Of a stretch of 64,000 nt of DNA, positions 1 through 12,413 are shown in pieces. How positions within the stretch are numbered: the first letter of the stretch is position 1; each line of letters opens with the position of its first letter. Under the pieces are notes generated by a model. It had not been told where the DNA came from, did no database searches, and worked only from the letters and a program-made list of their open reading frames with translations. The position numbers were made by a program, and so were the translations under genes. The DNA is taken from NCBI GenBank assembly GCA_964106645.2, contig OZ067040.1. One strand, 5' to 3'. The DNA comes from Podarcis pityusensis (taxonomy: Eukaryota).

Positions 1-622
1 AACTTCGGGGTTGTGGTGAGGATCAATTGAAAAGTCATAAATCATTTTGCATCGATAGAAGTGTCACTGTAATTGAACAATACTCCTGCTAAATAAGATG
101 AACATTATTTTATTTTCAACTAAATAGCTGTTAGGCTAGGGAGATCATAGCTTAAGTTAATGAACATCCAGTTACGTTAGATTAATTGGTCTTAAATTGG
201 TTCAGTGCTACAGTAGCTCCCTGTATCAGGCTTAAATGTTCTTAAATCCTATAACTTTCTCTGCACTTTGTATTGGAGCTTCATTTAGACTCTTACCGGC
301 AGGCTCCAAGAAAACTTCATCTCATAAATTAAGATAAGAGTTAATGGGCTGAAGTTGGTCCTTCAAAACAACGTAGCACAGTATCAATTTGTTGCTCAGA
401 ACAAATCATGGCAGGCGCTAAGCATCTTGGATCTACTGATGCTGCAGGGCTTTGTCATTCATCAATGTCTGATCATTCATCACTGCCACATCCCAAATAT
501 GCAGTAAGACCTGGTTGCTCTTGCCTAGATGTCAACAATCTCATGGTTATAAGCAAACATTCAAGAGAACTATTTCAGCACAAGGTCTGAATTGTATTTC
601 CATCTCTGATGTTGCAATGGGC

Positions 623-1199
623 CAGTGGCGTAGCGTGGGGGGTGCCAGGGGGGCCGGCCGCACCGGGCGCAACATGGGCGGGGGGCGCGCTCGCACTAGC
701 AGCTCTCTGCCCCTACTAAAATCCACGGGTTAGGGAGCCTGCGCTCGCTCGGCTTGGCGAGGAGGTGGCGGAAGGGGGAGAGCGAAGGCTTCTGCCGCGG
801 GCAAAAAAAGGAGAGGAAGCCGGGTGGGCGGGCGGGCGGGCTGGCTGGCGGGGGTCTGGCTGCGCCTGCTGCTGCCGGTGCAGGGCAAGGCAAGCAGAGC
901 GAGGAGGAGAGAGAGGGGAAGGGGGGGGAAGCAGCTAGGAAACGCTGCGGTGTGGAGGAGGAATCAATTAAGGAGAGAAAGCGAAAAGCCTTGGAGAAAG
1001 GGAAAAAGGAAAGAAAAGAGGCAGCTCCAGGAGAGCGCGGGGGAAAGAGAAGCCTCGCTGCTGCTGCTGCTTGGGAGAGTAAATTACTGTACTTGCCTTG
1101 CCCCGGGTTAGGGGGCGCAAATTATTTGCCTTGCCCCGGGTTAGGGGGCGCAAATTACTTGCCTTGCCCCAGGTGCTGATAACCCACGCTACGCCGCTG
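623..1199. mobile_element. Non-autonomous hAT DNA transposon (MITE), GC-rich interior
   Basis: 17-bp TIRs CAGTGGCGTAGCGTGGG (623-639) / CCCACGCTACGCCGCTG (1183-1199), one mismatch; perfect 8-bp TSD CAATGGGC at 615-622 and 1200-1207. Confidence 0.92.
1093..1170. repeat. 33-bp tandem repeat (about 2.4 copies) in the hAT subterminal region
   Basis: Unit TTGCCTTGCCCCGGGTTAGGGGGCGCAAATTA(T/C); explains the repeated YLPCPGLGGAN in ORF 754-1179. Confidence 0.9.
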
Positions 1200-2659
1200 C
1201 AATGGGCTTCTTCATTTGGAAGGAAAACTGGCATGGCTGCTAGTTTGAAAACTCTGCTAGGCTGTCACCAAATGTCATCTAAAATATAAATTTTAGGCGT
1301 TTCTATTCAGAATTTCTGATGAATTTCAAAGGAAACCAATAGTGTTGATAAGAACAATGACATTTCTCCATGTGTCTTTGTGTGTCTTCCTACGGAAAAA
1401 TGTGCAGCTGGCTTAAAGAAGAAGATACCTAAAGCATACAATTGCATTTCCTCCGTTTCTCTTTTTTGTTGGAATTCTGCAACATACCTAGAGCAGGCAG
1501 ATTCCACTGAGGTCAGCTCAATATTCGATGGGTCCTGGACCAGCTCAGTTCTTCCCCATCCTTGGAATGCCTTCTTTTGGAGCTTTCTGGGGGGGGGGGG
1601 GACACACCCAGTTCCACCTACTCACATGATCTGTACACAGAAGAGGAAGTTCTGGTGTCACTCTGCAGGTGAAGATTAGGAGAGATAGGGAGGGCTGGGT
1701 GGGTGGGGAGGCGGTGGTTGGGTTGCTCTGAAACTTCTGGGTAAACATGCAGAAAACTGTAGCTGTTCTTAGCTAGGCATAGCTAAATCCCATTCCAGTG
1801 TTTTCACCTGCGTTTTCCAATGAGATACTTTGAAAATAGAAATCTAATCAACTCATAAACTATGAAACATTTTTAAAAATAATAGCTAGATTGAGCTTTG
1901 CAAGAATATTTCAAGACAGCATGCATATCACCAAAACTTGCTTCTCCCAGCTTCTTTGGTTTATTAGAGAAAAGAAATGAAATTATATAATATATAAAAG
2001 TAAAATTCAGGAAACAATGGCTGTAAGAAATTTATTTTGTTCTCTAGGGAATTTGTTTGTTGTTCTTTGGAACTGATTACTGTATATCCCAGCTCTAAGC
2101 ATGTCTTCATTTAGGTTATACTTTCAATAGCTGCACTCTATTTCAAAATCATTCAATGGAAAAATGTAGCCTAAACCTACATTCATAGGAAATATTTTTG
2201 TCTCTTTATTTCTAAAATATGGCATAACCTGAAAGCATCTCTCATGACACAGAAGAGATTTGAACAAATAAGGACATTTTTTATACAATGGTCAGCTACT
2301 TTTCAAGTTAAAGTATTTCTGCAAAAACATTTCCCAGAAAAAATAAATAAGAAGTGCTCCAAGGATTTGCTCACACCACCACAATATATATGTGTCTTTT
2401 TCTTCCTTCTGAGTGCCGTATTGTCCTTGGGAACAGAGAGCTAATTCTTTTTTTATCCAGGTGTTTAAAGGCTCATTGCTTTTGGAAGAAAGAGGCAATG
2501 CAGCCTGGTAAGCAAGAGAAAAATCACTGCACCATATGTCACGCGGTGGATCTAATATAGCCAACTCAAAAGTGAACCAAGTAAATCACAGCTGGAAGCA
2601 GAGCAGTGGTGGAATAAAGTACAAGGCTGAAGTAAGCAAAGGTTTTGTCTTTATAATGC

Positions 2660-2880
2660 TATTTATTTATTGTTATATTTATATCCCACCGTTCTTGCAA
2701 AAAGCTGAAGGAGTTCTATATGATTCTCATTCTCCACATTTTATCCTCAAAAGAACCCTGTGAAGTAGGTTAGGTTGAGAGATGGCAACTGGCCCAAGGT
2801 CAACTAGTGAGCTTCATAGATGAATGCAGGCTTCAATTCAGCTCTCTCAGGCCTTAGTCCAACACTCAAACACATTGACT
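2660..2880 (-). mobile_element. Old MIR/Squam3-like tRNA-CORE SINE
   Basis: Antisense core TTTTATCCTCAAAAGAACCCTGTGAAGTAGGTTAGG...TGGCCCAAGGTCAACTAGTGAGCTTCAT with (TTTA)-like tail at the left end. Confidence 0.65.
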
Positions 2881-3324
2881 TAGGAACAAAGTACATATGA
2901 CACTATGTCCCTTCCTTCCTTCCTTCCATAAATTATTCCGTACCACCAGATCATAGAACATCAGGATGGTGTACAATATTAAAACATAAACACTATTTAA
3001 GAAACCAAACAGCGTGGGGCCATCTACACCAAATGCCCAACTTCTTGCTGAGGCCCTCTGTAACATAGGAGGACAACTAGCAGCTATTTTCTGGATGACC
3101 TCAGTCGTCAAGCTGGAATATGAGGGCTCCTAAGAGCAAATTGTTCGGAGCTTTGCATATCAGCACAAGAACCTTGAAGCTGGCCTGGTAGCATATGGGA
3201 AGCTAGTGCAGATGTTTTAGCGGGGGTGTCATATGCTCTTGGCCATCTGCCCCCATCGGATGTGAGGGCGAAATGGATGTTAAAGGAGGAGAAAATACCG
3301 ATACCAATTGCTGGGAATCACAAA

Positions 3325-3457
3325 TTGGGAGGTTGCTGTTGCTCTCTGCTCCTGCTTTTGGGCTTCCCAAAGGCATCTGGGTGGCCTTTGTGAGCACAAG
3401 ATGCTGGACCAGATGACTGTTGGCAGGATCCAGCAGGCTCTTCTCAAGTTCTTATGA
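3325..3457 (+). mobile_element. Degraded LINE 3' end (CR1/L3-type, TTCTTATG tail)
   Basis: GATGCTGGACCAGATG...GATCCAGCAGGCTCTTCTCAAGTTCTTATG; related copies near 60477-60600 (-) and 62700-62788 (+). Confidence 0.55.
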
Positions 3458-3504
3458 GGAGGTATGTATGCCTTTCACTGTAAGTTTTACAATATGTTAT
3501 GATC

Positions 3505-3642
3505 TTGTTGGTAGAGCATGAGCCTCTGAATCTCAGGCTCATGGATTTGAGCCCTACATTGGGAAAAGATTCCTGCATTGCAGAAGGTTGGACTAGATGA
3601 CCCCTGTGGTCCCTTCCAACTCTACAATTATACAATTCTATG
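3505..3642 (+). mobile_element. SINE with tRNA-Lys(CTT)-derived head and CR1-type tail
   Basis: GTTGGTAGAGCATGAGCCTCTGAATCTCAGGCTCATGGATTTGAGCCCTACATTGGG aligns by eye to vertebrate tRNA-Lys(CTT); tail TTGGACTAGATGACCCC...CCTTCCAACTCTACAATT...ATTCTATG matches the CR1 3' end. Confidence 0.8.
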
Positions 3643-6276
3643 TATATGCTCAATTTGAGCAACCATTCTCTCTCTCTCTTTTCAGGAGAAGGTGATCTGG
3701 GCATGTAAGTGCACAGGTGTATGTATATCTTTGTTTCACATGGCAACTGTGCACTATGAAAGGGGGTCTGCTCCTTCATTGCACAACCTTGGCTTCCCCG
3801 TTGACATGTGAACTGGCCCAAGTATGCCATTTGAGTTGTGGATCATATATATCTGGTATGTGCAAGAAATGCATAGTTATTCTGTGTTTCCTGAGTGAAC
3901 TTGAGTTGAGGGAGCAGCCCTTCCTGAGACAGATGGAACTGCAGTAGTGCTTGAAATATATCCTGCAGAGGTGATAAGTCAGCTGAAGGCAGAAGGGAAA
4001 GCTCGTGCCAGAATCTTTATGGATCATAAATATCTGAGGAAATATGCTTTCTTTTAAACCAGCACAGGTAAATGTCAAACCATTAACCCTCAGAGCTATA
4101 ATCTCCCAATGAAACAAAGAACAGGATAAATTAATTCTAAATTATCATGTTTGAATTATATTTACCGTATGCATTTGGTGCATTGCAGTGAAAAAATAGA
4201 ACCTCCATTGGTTTATTTTCAAGTGATTGAAATCAAAGGGAATGAAAATTCTGAGGAAGAATAGAAAGTTTTTCTGGCCTTTCAAGGACTCTTGTGTGTA
4301 TGAAGGCAGGACATTTTAAGGCAGACTTCAGGCTAGTGGAATCTACTTTTAATTTTCACTAGAATCCCTAGTGCAGCATTTTACTATTCCCCATGGGAAT
4401 GAATGGCAACCAGTCATCTATAAGAGGAAGTTAAAGAGAAGCTTTTGGAAAACTAACATGACAATCTAAACCAAGCCAGGCATTGCTGAGGCACTGGAGC
4501 ACCTGCAGCCAGGTCACACATGCTGCACATAATTGGCTTCTGGGTCAAGAGGAAGTGCCTGGAGATGGTACTTCCTGTAGAAGTGAGTGGGAGGAGGAAG
4601 TGAGTGGGGTGGGAATATCTTTCACAATGTAAAGAATTGTGGTTTACAAGAGAAAAACACGTAGATTCGTGACATCCCTAACGAACAAAACTTTGTTCGT
4701 TAATTGGCAGCAGGGAAGAATCCTTTCATAGTTTAAAGGGTCAGGAGATAAACTGGACCTTTTTCTCAAATGGCCAGGTTCAGATGCAGTCTATGTCTTA
4801 CACTGCTTTCAATCAAATGCACATGGAGAGCACAGGAGAAAGTGTCTGTTTGTCTAACCAAATGTCATTGGTTTTTCAGCTGTGTTGCCTGCCTTCCAAA
4901 CTCTTACCTCTGATTGATTGACTGCCAAAGAGAGAAAAACATGATCGCTTGATGCTAATAATTAAGCACTAGAAACTCACTTATACTCCCCGTCACCACA
5001 ACAAATGTGCCTGGTAAAATTAATGCTTCAGTCAGACTAATGACACTGGAGACAATCCCTTTGGAATTAATGTCGTGTCAACTTTTGAGCAGTTACTTGG
5101 CAAAAAATTCACCATCTACCACTGTTGTAAATGTTGGGATACTGCCAGGGAGATAAAGTCCATCATGGCCCCCAAGCCGTCTGCCGGACGATCCATCGAT
5201 CTCCCGTAGGCACGCAGTATCAGCAATTAGCGACGTGAGTTTCTAGAAAATATCTTGCCACATTCCAGAGCTCATGCACACTCTATCAGCAGATAATGCA
5301 CAGCAAAAGTCGCACTAAGGAGAGCATTATTTACAAGTTTTATTCAGCGTTGATCAGAACACAGAAAAACATGACTGCCTGCTTTAGTGTCTACGACACA
5401 CAGAGAGAAACGAAAGCAACAGAAAACATAAACATCCTGTGAACAGGAAATACGCAGACTCTGTGACTCACAGCCTGCTCCCTTTTAAGGTGGAACGGAA
5501 ATATCCTAACAGTAAATATACTGAAGTGAAATGACTGAAAGGTGAAATCACTGCTTTTTTGGCACCACCTCATGGTAGTACCTCAGTGTTCTGGGTACTG
5601 TGGTTCACAGCAGGTCAGCAAAGTCTTGATGGAAATGATGTGTAAAGCTTAACCTTTAATAATTTTCAGTGTAGCTCTGAGTGAGAGGGTGAGGCACACT
5701 GGCCAGTTGGAGTCTCTCCATTATCGAACCCTGGAACTTCCAATAACTGAGTGGAGAGAATTAGTGATTTGCCTAATACTCTCTAACCAGATGGAATCTG
5801 AAGTTTGGCTATTCGGGGTCCAATCCTACACTAAAATTCCCTTTGAATTCGGGCCAAACTTTTATCATTCACAATAAGAGAGGACTGATGACATAGCAAT
5901 GCTTGCCAGCCTATACAGGAGAGGCAATTTCTGGAACCGAAACTCTCATATTTTGGAAGTTGAGGTGGAAGCAGATATTATGAAAAACACATGGGGCTGC
6001 TGCTGAAGACACTCACCACTCTTGCAATGAGGGTTAATTCTGTAATGAAATGGATGTGTTTCCGTAACTCCACCCATGCGGCAAGACCTGGAAACAGCAG
6101 GCAGCACTCTTGAGAAGCTGCTGGCATCACAGCACCTCAACAGGCTCACCACTGGGACCTCCATAAACAAAATCCTACTAGCCCAGACAGCAACCATCTT
6201 TGTTTCCAATAATGCTATGGCTGCCAACAGAAATGGCTCCATCGGGCCTCATTTCCATTCAGCTGTCATCTGGAAG

Positions 6277-6546
6277 CAGTGCTGGATTTACGTATAAGCT
6301 AAACAAGCTATAGCTTAGGGCCCCACTCTCTTGGGGCCCCCCAAAAAATTAAAGAAAAAACAACAACTGGATGTACATTTCCAAAATATAAGATAAAAAA
6401 TAATAAAAAACCTACATACAGCAACAGTGTTTTGTGTTGTGTAGGCTCCTATGATGTAAGCAATGGGCCTGCCTGCTAGCCTGCTCCCAAAAATATCCCA
6501 TTACCCTCAGCAGGTTAGGGCCTCATGAAACCTAAATCCGGCCCTG
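6277..6546. mobile_element. Non-autonomous hAT MITE (same family as 17062-17388)
   Basis: TIRs CAGTGCTGGATTTA / TAAATCCGGCCCTG; perfect 8-bp TSD TCTGGAAG (6269-6276, 6547-6554). Confidence 0.9.
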
Positions 6547-8144
6547 TCTGGAAGCAACCATTCCAGCAGCAGGAGAGCTGAGAAACAGTGCTCACTCCAT
6601 CAGCTCTGCTGTGAAAGATCAGCTCCGTCGGGCCTTGTGGGCAGCCATTCTATCAAACTGCCTCTGTGGGACAGAGAGGAGGCAGAGCTCAGTCTTATCT
6701 GCTTTGCTGCAGGCCCAGCTCCACCAGGCACCTGCTGCCTCTGAACTGTGACAGCTGGTAAATACAGAAATAACTGTTTAGAAATTGATGCCTGAGTTTT
6801 GATCTCCCTCTTCTCTCCTTCTTGGGGCTCCACAGCCAAACGGTCAGGGATGGTGTGAATTATAGTCCAGCAACATTTGAAGCCATGATCCTAGCCAGTT
6901 GTGAAACCCAAGATTGCTTATGTTGCATAAACTGGTAAAATGCAGATGTGTTAATTTATTTATTTTGTTTTATTATTTATTTTATTTGTATACCCCCCCT
7001 TCATCCGAAGATCACAGTGCAGTTCACACCATCAAAATGCAAAATGAGAACACAAAATACAGAATAAAATCAAGAAGAACAAAAAAACCCCAAATAACCT
7101 CCTTCCTCAAAGATATTTTAAAGGTCATAAATAGCCAAACGCTATTTTAAGATTTTATTTATTAAATAAATTAATAAAGTGAATGACTTGGGCTTTCTGT
7201 TTTCTTGCACTCAAATTGGAAGTTCCCACTCAGTGCGCAGAGGAAGAACTTGGGCATTCCCTTCTCTAGTCAACGCATGTGGAATATGCACACTTTGCAA
7301 CAGGGCAGTGCGCAAGACATGTCTTTTACCTGTCAAGACTATATGAAAAGTTGCTCTCTGTTGTGCATCACCTCTGGCGGTTCTCTTGAGATCTCACAAG
7401 ATCCCTCGATAGTTTGGCGAAATCTTGCTAGAAGCAGCTGCTGCAGCCACAACATCAGGAGAGGGTCTTCTCAGTTGTGGTGGTCCATATCTGGAATGCC
7501 CTCTTTAGGGAAGACCACTTGACACCAACTTTGATGTCTTCTAACTGCCTGGCAAACACTTTTTAAAAATTGCCTAAACATTCTTGTTTGTTGTACACAG
7601 CTTGCTTAAACTTGAATTTTGCTACCCGCTTAGATTTTATTGATTTGCCTAGTTTCTGCTTTTTCCTGTTTCAATACTGTATTTTAATAACATTGTTTCG
7701 TTATTCAATATCAGCACGGCTCTGGAAGCCTAATGCTGAATAGCAGCCTATAAGCTCATGAAATAAACAGGTTACCCCAAATGTTGTTAATTGGTGTTAG
7801 TTTCTACTTTGGTTTGCAGGGGCCGAAAATGCTAGCAGTCCACAGCATTTGACATTGCAAGAGAAACCACAGCGTTCATGAATGAGGATAATTGGAACCC
7901 CGTGGTGTTTGGCTTTGAAGTCTGCTCTCTGGAAAATGTGTTTGTCCCCTTTGAGGGGTTTTGCGGCAGGAACTTGGAAGCGCCATGCACACACGTTGCA
8001 ACCACCTTCTTACAAATCGTTTGTGACACTGAAATGCTTTGTAGGTTTGTTTGTTTTTTTGCAGAAGTTTTGAAAGGGCAGCCTTTATGAGATGAGTTTC
8101 CTTTGGAAGACAGATTGTGCCTTTGTTCATATATTTTCCGAGGG

Positions 8145-8435
8145 CTCATCCATCCCCCATCGTTCAGCCTGGACACAACTCCAGCTCTGAATGCCTTCTG
8201 GTGGTTCCCTCCCTGTGAGAAGTGGGGTTACAGAGAACCATGCAGAGGGCCTTCTTGGTAGTAGCGCCCTCCCATCAGATGTCAAGGAAATAAACAACTA
8301 TCTGACTCTTAGAAGACATCTGAAAGCAACCCTGTTTAGGGAAGTTTTTAATGTTTGATCTTTTATCATGTTTTTAGTATTCTGTTGTGAGCCGCCCAGA
8401 GTAGCTGGGGAAACCCAGCCAGATGGACAGGGTAT
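8145..8435 (+). mobile_element. L2-clade LINE 3' end
   Basis: GCAGAGGGCCTTCTTGGTAGTAGCGCCCTCCC...GACATCTGAAAGCAACCCTGTTTAGGGAAGTTTTT...GTGAGCCGCCCAGAGTAGCTGGGGAAACCCAGCCAGATGG, followed by a simple-repeat tail; homologous to 28293-28430. Confidence 0.7.
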
Positions 8436-8518
8436 GTATGCATGCATGCATGTATGTATGTATCAATAACAACAACAATAATAATAACGATGATGATGAT
8501 GATGATGATGATAATAAT
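8432..8518. repeat. Compound microsatellite (ATGT/ATGC)-(AAC)-(AAT)-(GAT) at the L2 tail
   Basis: Read directly from sequence. Confidence 0.9.
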
Positions 8519-11500
8519 CTGTTTGTCCCATGATTTCTAGGCATGAGTCCAAGAGGTTTTACTTTTGTCCCACCAGTTTCTCCGAAGTAACCTACGGTTT
8601 GCTGCTGAACTGGAACAAATGTCAACTGGGTTTTCTGCGGCTTGATGTTTGTTCTGATCAAGCAGTCAACAGCGGGTTTTCCTGGGGAAACCAGTGTGAG
8701 AAAAGAAAAGAAAAACTTTTGGAACAAAGGGAAGTGTGACTGAGCCCTGTGTCAATGGGCATCTTCCATTTTGTTGTGAATGAGTGATATCACATGACAT
8801 GGTGTGGCTGCTGCATACTTACATGCAGCCCCTCCCTTTTTTGAGGAGGAACATAATCAGACAATGTATCAGACATAATGGGAGAGGAGAGAGGGTGTGG
8901 TTTGGGAACAACTTGCGCAGCCTCTATGAGGCCCTGTAAACCTCTCATCTGGGAGTCAAACTACATGATACATTAAATATATTATTGCATGCATTCCAGT
9001 CTCTGAGTGGTATGATAATGTTTAGCTTATTTTTTAGCTGCTGTTTTGCTAATAATGTCATTTGAATGGCAAGTGGCATAGAAATATAATAAATCAAATA
9101 TTATGCTAAGTTGCTATGGCGGTGGAGAGGGTCTTTTTAGCTGTGGCCCCATGCATATGGAATACTCTCTCTGTAGTCAGGTCTGCCGGGAGCTATCATG
9201 AACATCATTTCAGTGCTTTTGTGAACTGTTCTATTTATTCACTAGCTGGTTTTTTTGCTGCAGAGGTTTTCTGCTGTTGGTGGGTCTCTTTTATGGTTTT
9301 TGTAATTTTAAAAAATAATGTAGTGTTGTCCATTTTTAGGCTACAATCTTTTGTAAGTTGCTTACAGATTATTATTTTTTATTAAGTGGCCAACAAGTTA
9401 ATAATGAGACCAACATCAAGCCCCATCAGCCTTACAAACCATCAAGTGAACAACATTTTTGAAAAAGACATGATGTGGGAGATCTGTAGAAAGAAGACTT
9501 TAAAGGAGCCATGGAAACTTCTGCTTTAGTTTTGAACAGAAACACTTCATTGATGTAGTGTTTTTCTGCTCTAAGTGTAAGCCAGGCCCAAGCCACTGTT
9601 AACCTCAGAAAGGGGGAATTATGCAGGCCATCCATGGGTGTTCTAAAATCTGAGCACAGATCTCTCACATCATGTCTGCTTCAACTTATTGAGTGTGCAT
9701 AAAACCTCCCCCACCCAAAAGTGTTATATCACCATTTTCATTTTTGCTCACTCTCTTTTGATATCATCAAAATAGAGCAGTCCACAGTTTCCTGTGTTGT
9801 TATCCCATGTTTTTTCTGACCTGATTCATGGCTGCATCCTGCCTAGCACTGACAGGTGAAGCACTATTTTCTCAGGTGGGTTACTTAGTGGTTATTATTA
9901 GCCTGATAATTGCTCCATGAATTGCCTCAATGTCTGTTTCTGTTCCCACAGGGGAGCTATCAGGGTTTTTAATTGTTTCCTTGTATTATTATTATTTTAT
10001 GAGTGACCTAGTGCTAGTTTTCTATTTAGAAAGACTAAAAAATGTGAGCAATGGAGAGTAATTCCCCAGCTGTCATCAAAACAGGAAGTGAAAAAATGGG
10101 TCCAGCCTGCGAGTCATAAAAGTTGCACTGAACTTGCTAGGAAGTTTTGCTGAATGGGAATTGTGAGTAAACATAATAGAAATATCTATTATGGGGAAGA
10201 ACACTGGTGGCCAATATAGAGCTATATTAAAATGCTTGGGGAACTGTCATTTTACTTTTGCTCCTAGATAATTGCAGAAAAACCAATATAAGCGGACTCT
10301 AGTGTAAAAGCAACCCTAGTCATGCAAGTCTGGAAAAGAAAAGTGGGGAGGGGGGAGGAAATCAAGCAATAATGAAATGGAGCACAGACTGGCAATGAAT
10401 TATTGTTCTATCAAACTTGGAACAACACGCCATATGTCTAAAAACCAAGTAATGTGCAGAATCCACTAGGCACCCATAAACCATCACAATGCATGATGCT
10501 GGAAACCTCTACTGCTTCTTGAACTTGCCTCGCCCCATTTATTTTAGTGTGGCATGACTGGGCTCAATGTCTCCAGAGTTTCTGTGGGTTATTTAATACA
10601 AGAAATGATTTCCTTATTTACTGCTTGATAAATATGCCCTTGAATGCCTGGATTCTAGCTAATATTCTCCAGAATGATTTCAAAAGGTGGCTTTTGGGGA
10701 ATAAAAAAAAAATAGAGGCTATTTATTTTATTTTAAAGAGGTAATGGAGCTGCATTCCATCACTTCTACAGAAGCAGCTGTACCCAGCATACAGATTCAG
10801 TAATGGAGGCAGCTGTGTCCATTCAGAACTCCCCCACAGAGCATGTGGGCATTGAAGTTTCATAGTTCCTATAAGAACTGAACTCCAAAACTCCCACAAG
10901 CGTAGGTCACTACAACTAAACTTCTGAAATTCCACTTGTAAGTGTGCCTGCAAATTCCATCCACTTCTGCCAAAATAAACATTTAGAGATGTTTCTTTAA
11001 AATACAAGCAAGCAAATGAACTTTAAAGGTGTCCAGGACAAAAACTTCTGGACCTATTTGCTTGTTATCTGGCAAGCTTTATACCCTCTTGAGGGGCTGA
11101 TATCTATCAAATATATATCCAATATCTATCTGACATCTATCTGTATCTGTGTTCTGCTTTCCCAGTTGTGAATTGGGAGGAAGGAGATAAAACTAAGTGG
11201 ACTAAGAGTCACTTTGAGCCAAACTGCACAGCCTATAAATACCTTGGACATAGGCAGGCTGCTTCCTCAGTTACGGTCCAAACTGAATCATGCAGTCAGT
11301 GTATGTTCCCCCTGGACCTTCTCACTGGGAAGCATGAAAGACACTGCAAGCTAAACCATACAATTGTAACCAGAAGGTCTTGCTGATTTAAAGAGTGGAC
11401 ACCTTTATAAAATGATACATATTCTAGCCAAATTTTGCCCAGTGCCCATATGCTACCATCTACACCTAAAAACACACTGGAAATGCTCTCTTCAAACCCT

Positions 11501-12230
11501 CTAGTCACAGGTGGGTTAAGAGAAGCACAGTAATTTGACAAATTGATCCAAGAAGCAAGAGACTGAAAATCAATAGTCCAAGGCATATAAAAACAAATCC
11601 CTGTTAAACCCCCCCCCCACCTGCTGGTCAGCTTTTGGGAATGTATCAAGCCCATTGCAATGTATCTATAGTCCTTGGTTTGAAGCCTGTGAAGAAATTA
11701 CTTAGTGAATCACCCTCTGCAATTTTGCCGTCGCATTTTCAAAAAGGGCAAATGCTCCGGTTTCCTTGGGCTCCTTTGCCACAGTTTCTCCGATGACTGG
11801 TTGATTATTTTTCTCTCAGAGGGAGACTCTCCAGAAAGTGGCATTGGGCACAGGCATTTAGTGACTGCACTAATTTTGTCCAATTTAAAGGAAAAGTTAG
11901 CAATGCTATGTCATTAACAGCTGCCTGGATTATTCTGTCACCTTGGCACAGACGCACCACCACTACTGACCAATTCAAACTCATATTGAGATACAGGCTA
12001 AGTTGGGGACCAAACGGAGCAAAATAGCTCAAAGTCTTGTGATTCATGCAGGAATTTTACATTACTCACCAACAGGCCAAACACTGAAAATGACATGGAA
12101 CTGGCTAGTCACAGTCCCACCCTCCTGTTAAGCAATCCTAAGCAAATTGAAAACAACTGGCTTGGTGTTTACTACTCTGTATAGGACTAGACTGAATTTG
12201 CTTTTATGGGCCTTATACCAAGTCAGACCA

Positions 12231-12413
12231 GCTATAGCTCATTGGCACAGCACTGTCTTTGCTTGCAGGAGGTCCAAGTTCAATCCCTGGCATCTCCAGG
12301 TGGGACTGAGAATGTCCCCAGTCTAAAACCTTGCAGAGCTGCTGCCAGTCAGTGTTGACAACACTGAGCTCAATGGACCAATGGTCTGGCTTGGTATAAG
12401 CCAGCTTCCTGTG
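12231..12413 (+). mobile_element. tRNA-headed (Ala-like) squamate SINE, Squam2/ACASINE2-like, embedded in an antisense copy of the same family
   Basis: Head CTATAGCTCATTGGCACAGCAC...GTTCAATCCCTGGCATCTCCA; body CTGCTGCCAGTCAGTGTTGACAACACTGAGCTCAATGGACCAATGGTCTGGCTTGGTATAAGCCAGCTTCCT; antisense pieces at 12210-12230 and 12414-12480. Confidence 0.7.

Noticed and set aside
696-1289. ORFs of 63-141 aa
   Set aside because: Low-complexity translations of the hAT MITE interior and its 33-bp repeat.
3505-3565. Functional tRNA-Lys gene (likewise tRNA-Ile at 37785-37847)
   Set aside because: 5'-truncated, mutated, and fused to a CR1-type tail, so these are SINE heads.
3666-3710. Plus-strand 19-nt pseudo-exon
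   Set aside because: The pyrimidine tract is a CT microsatellite next to a SINE tail, and the length is not a multiple of 3.
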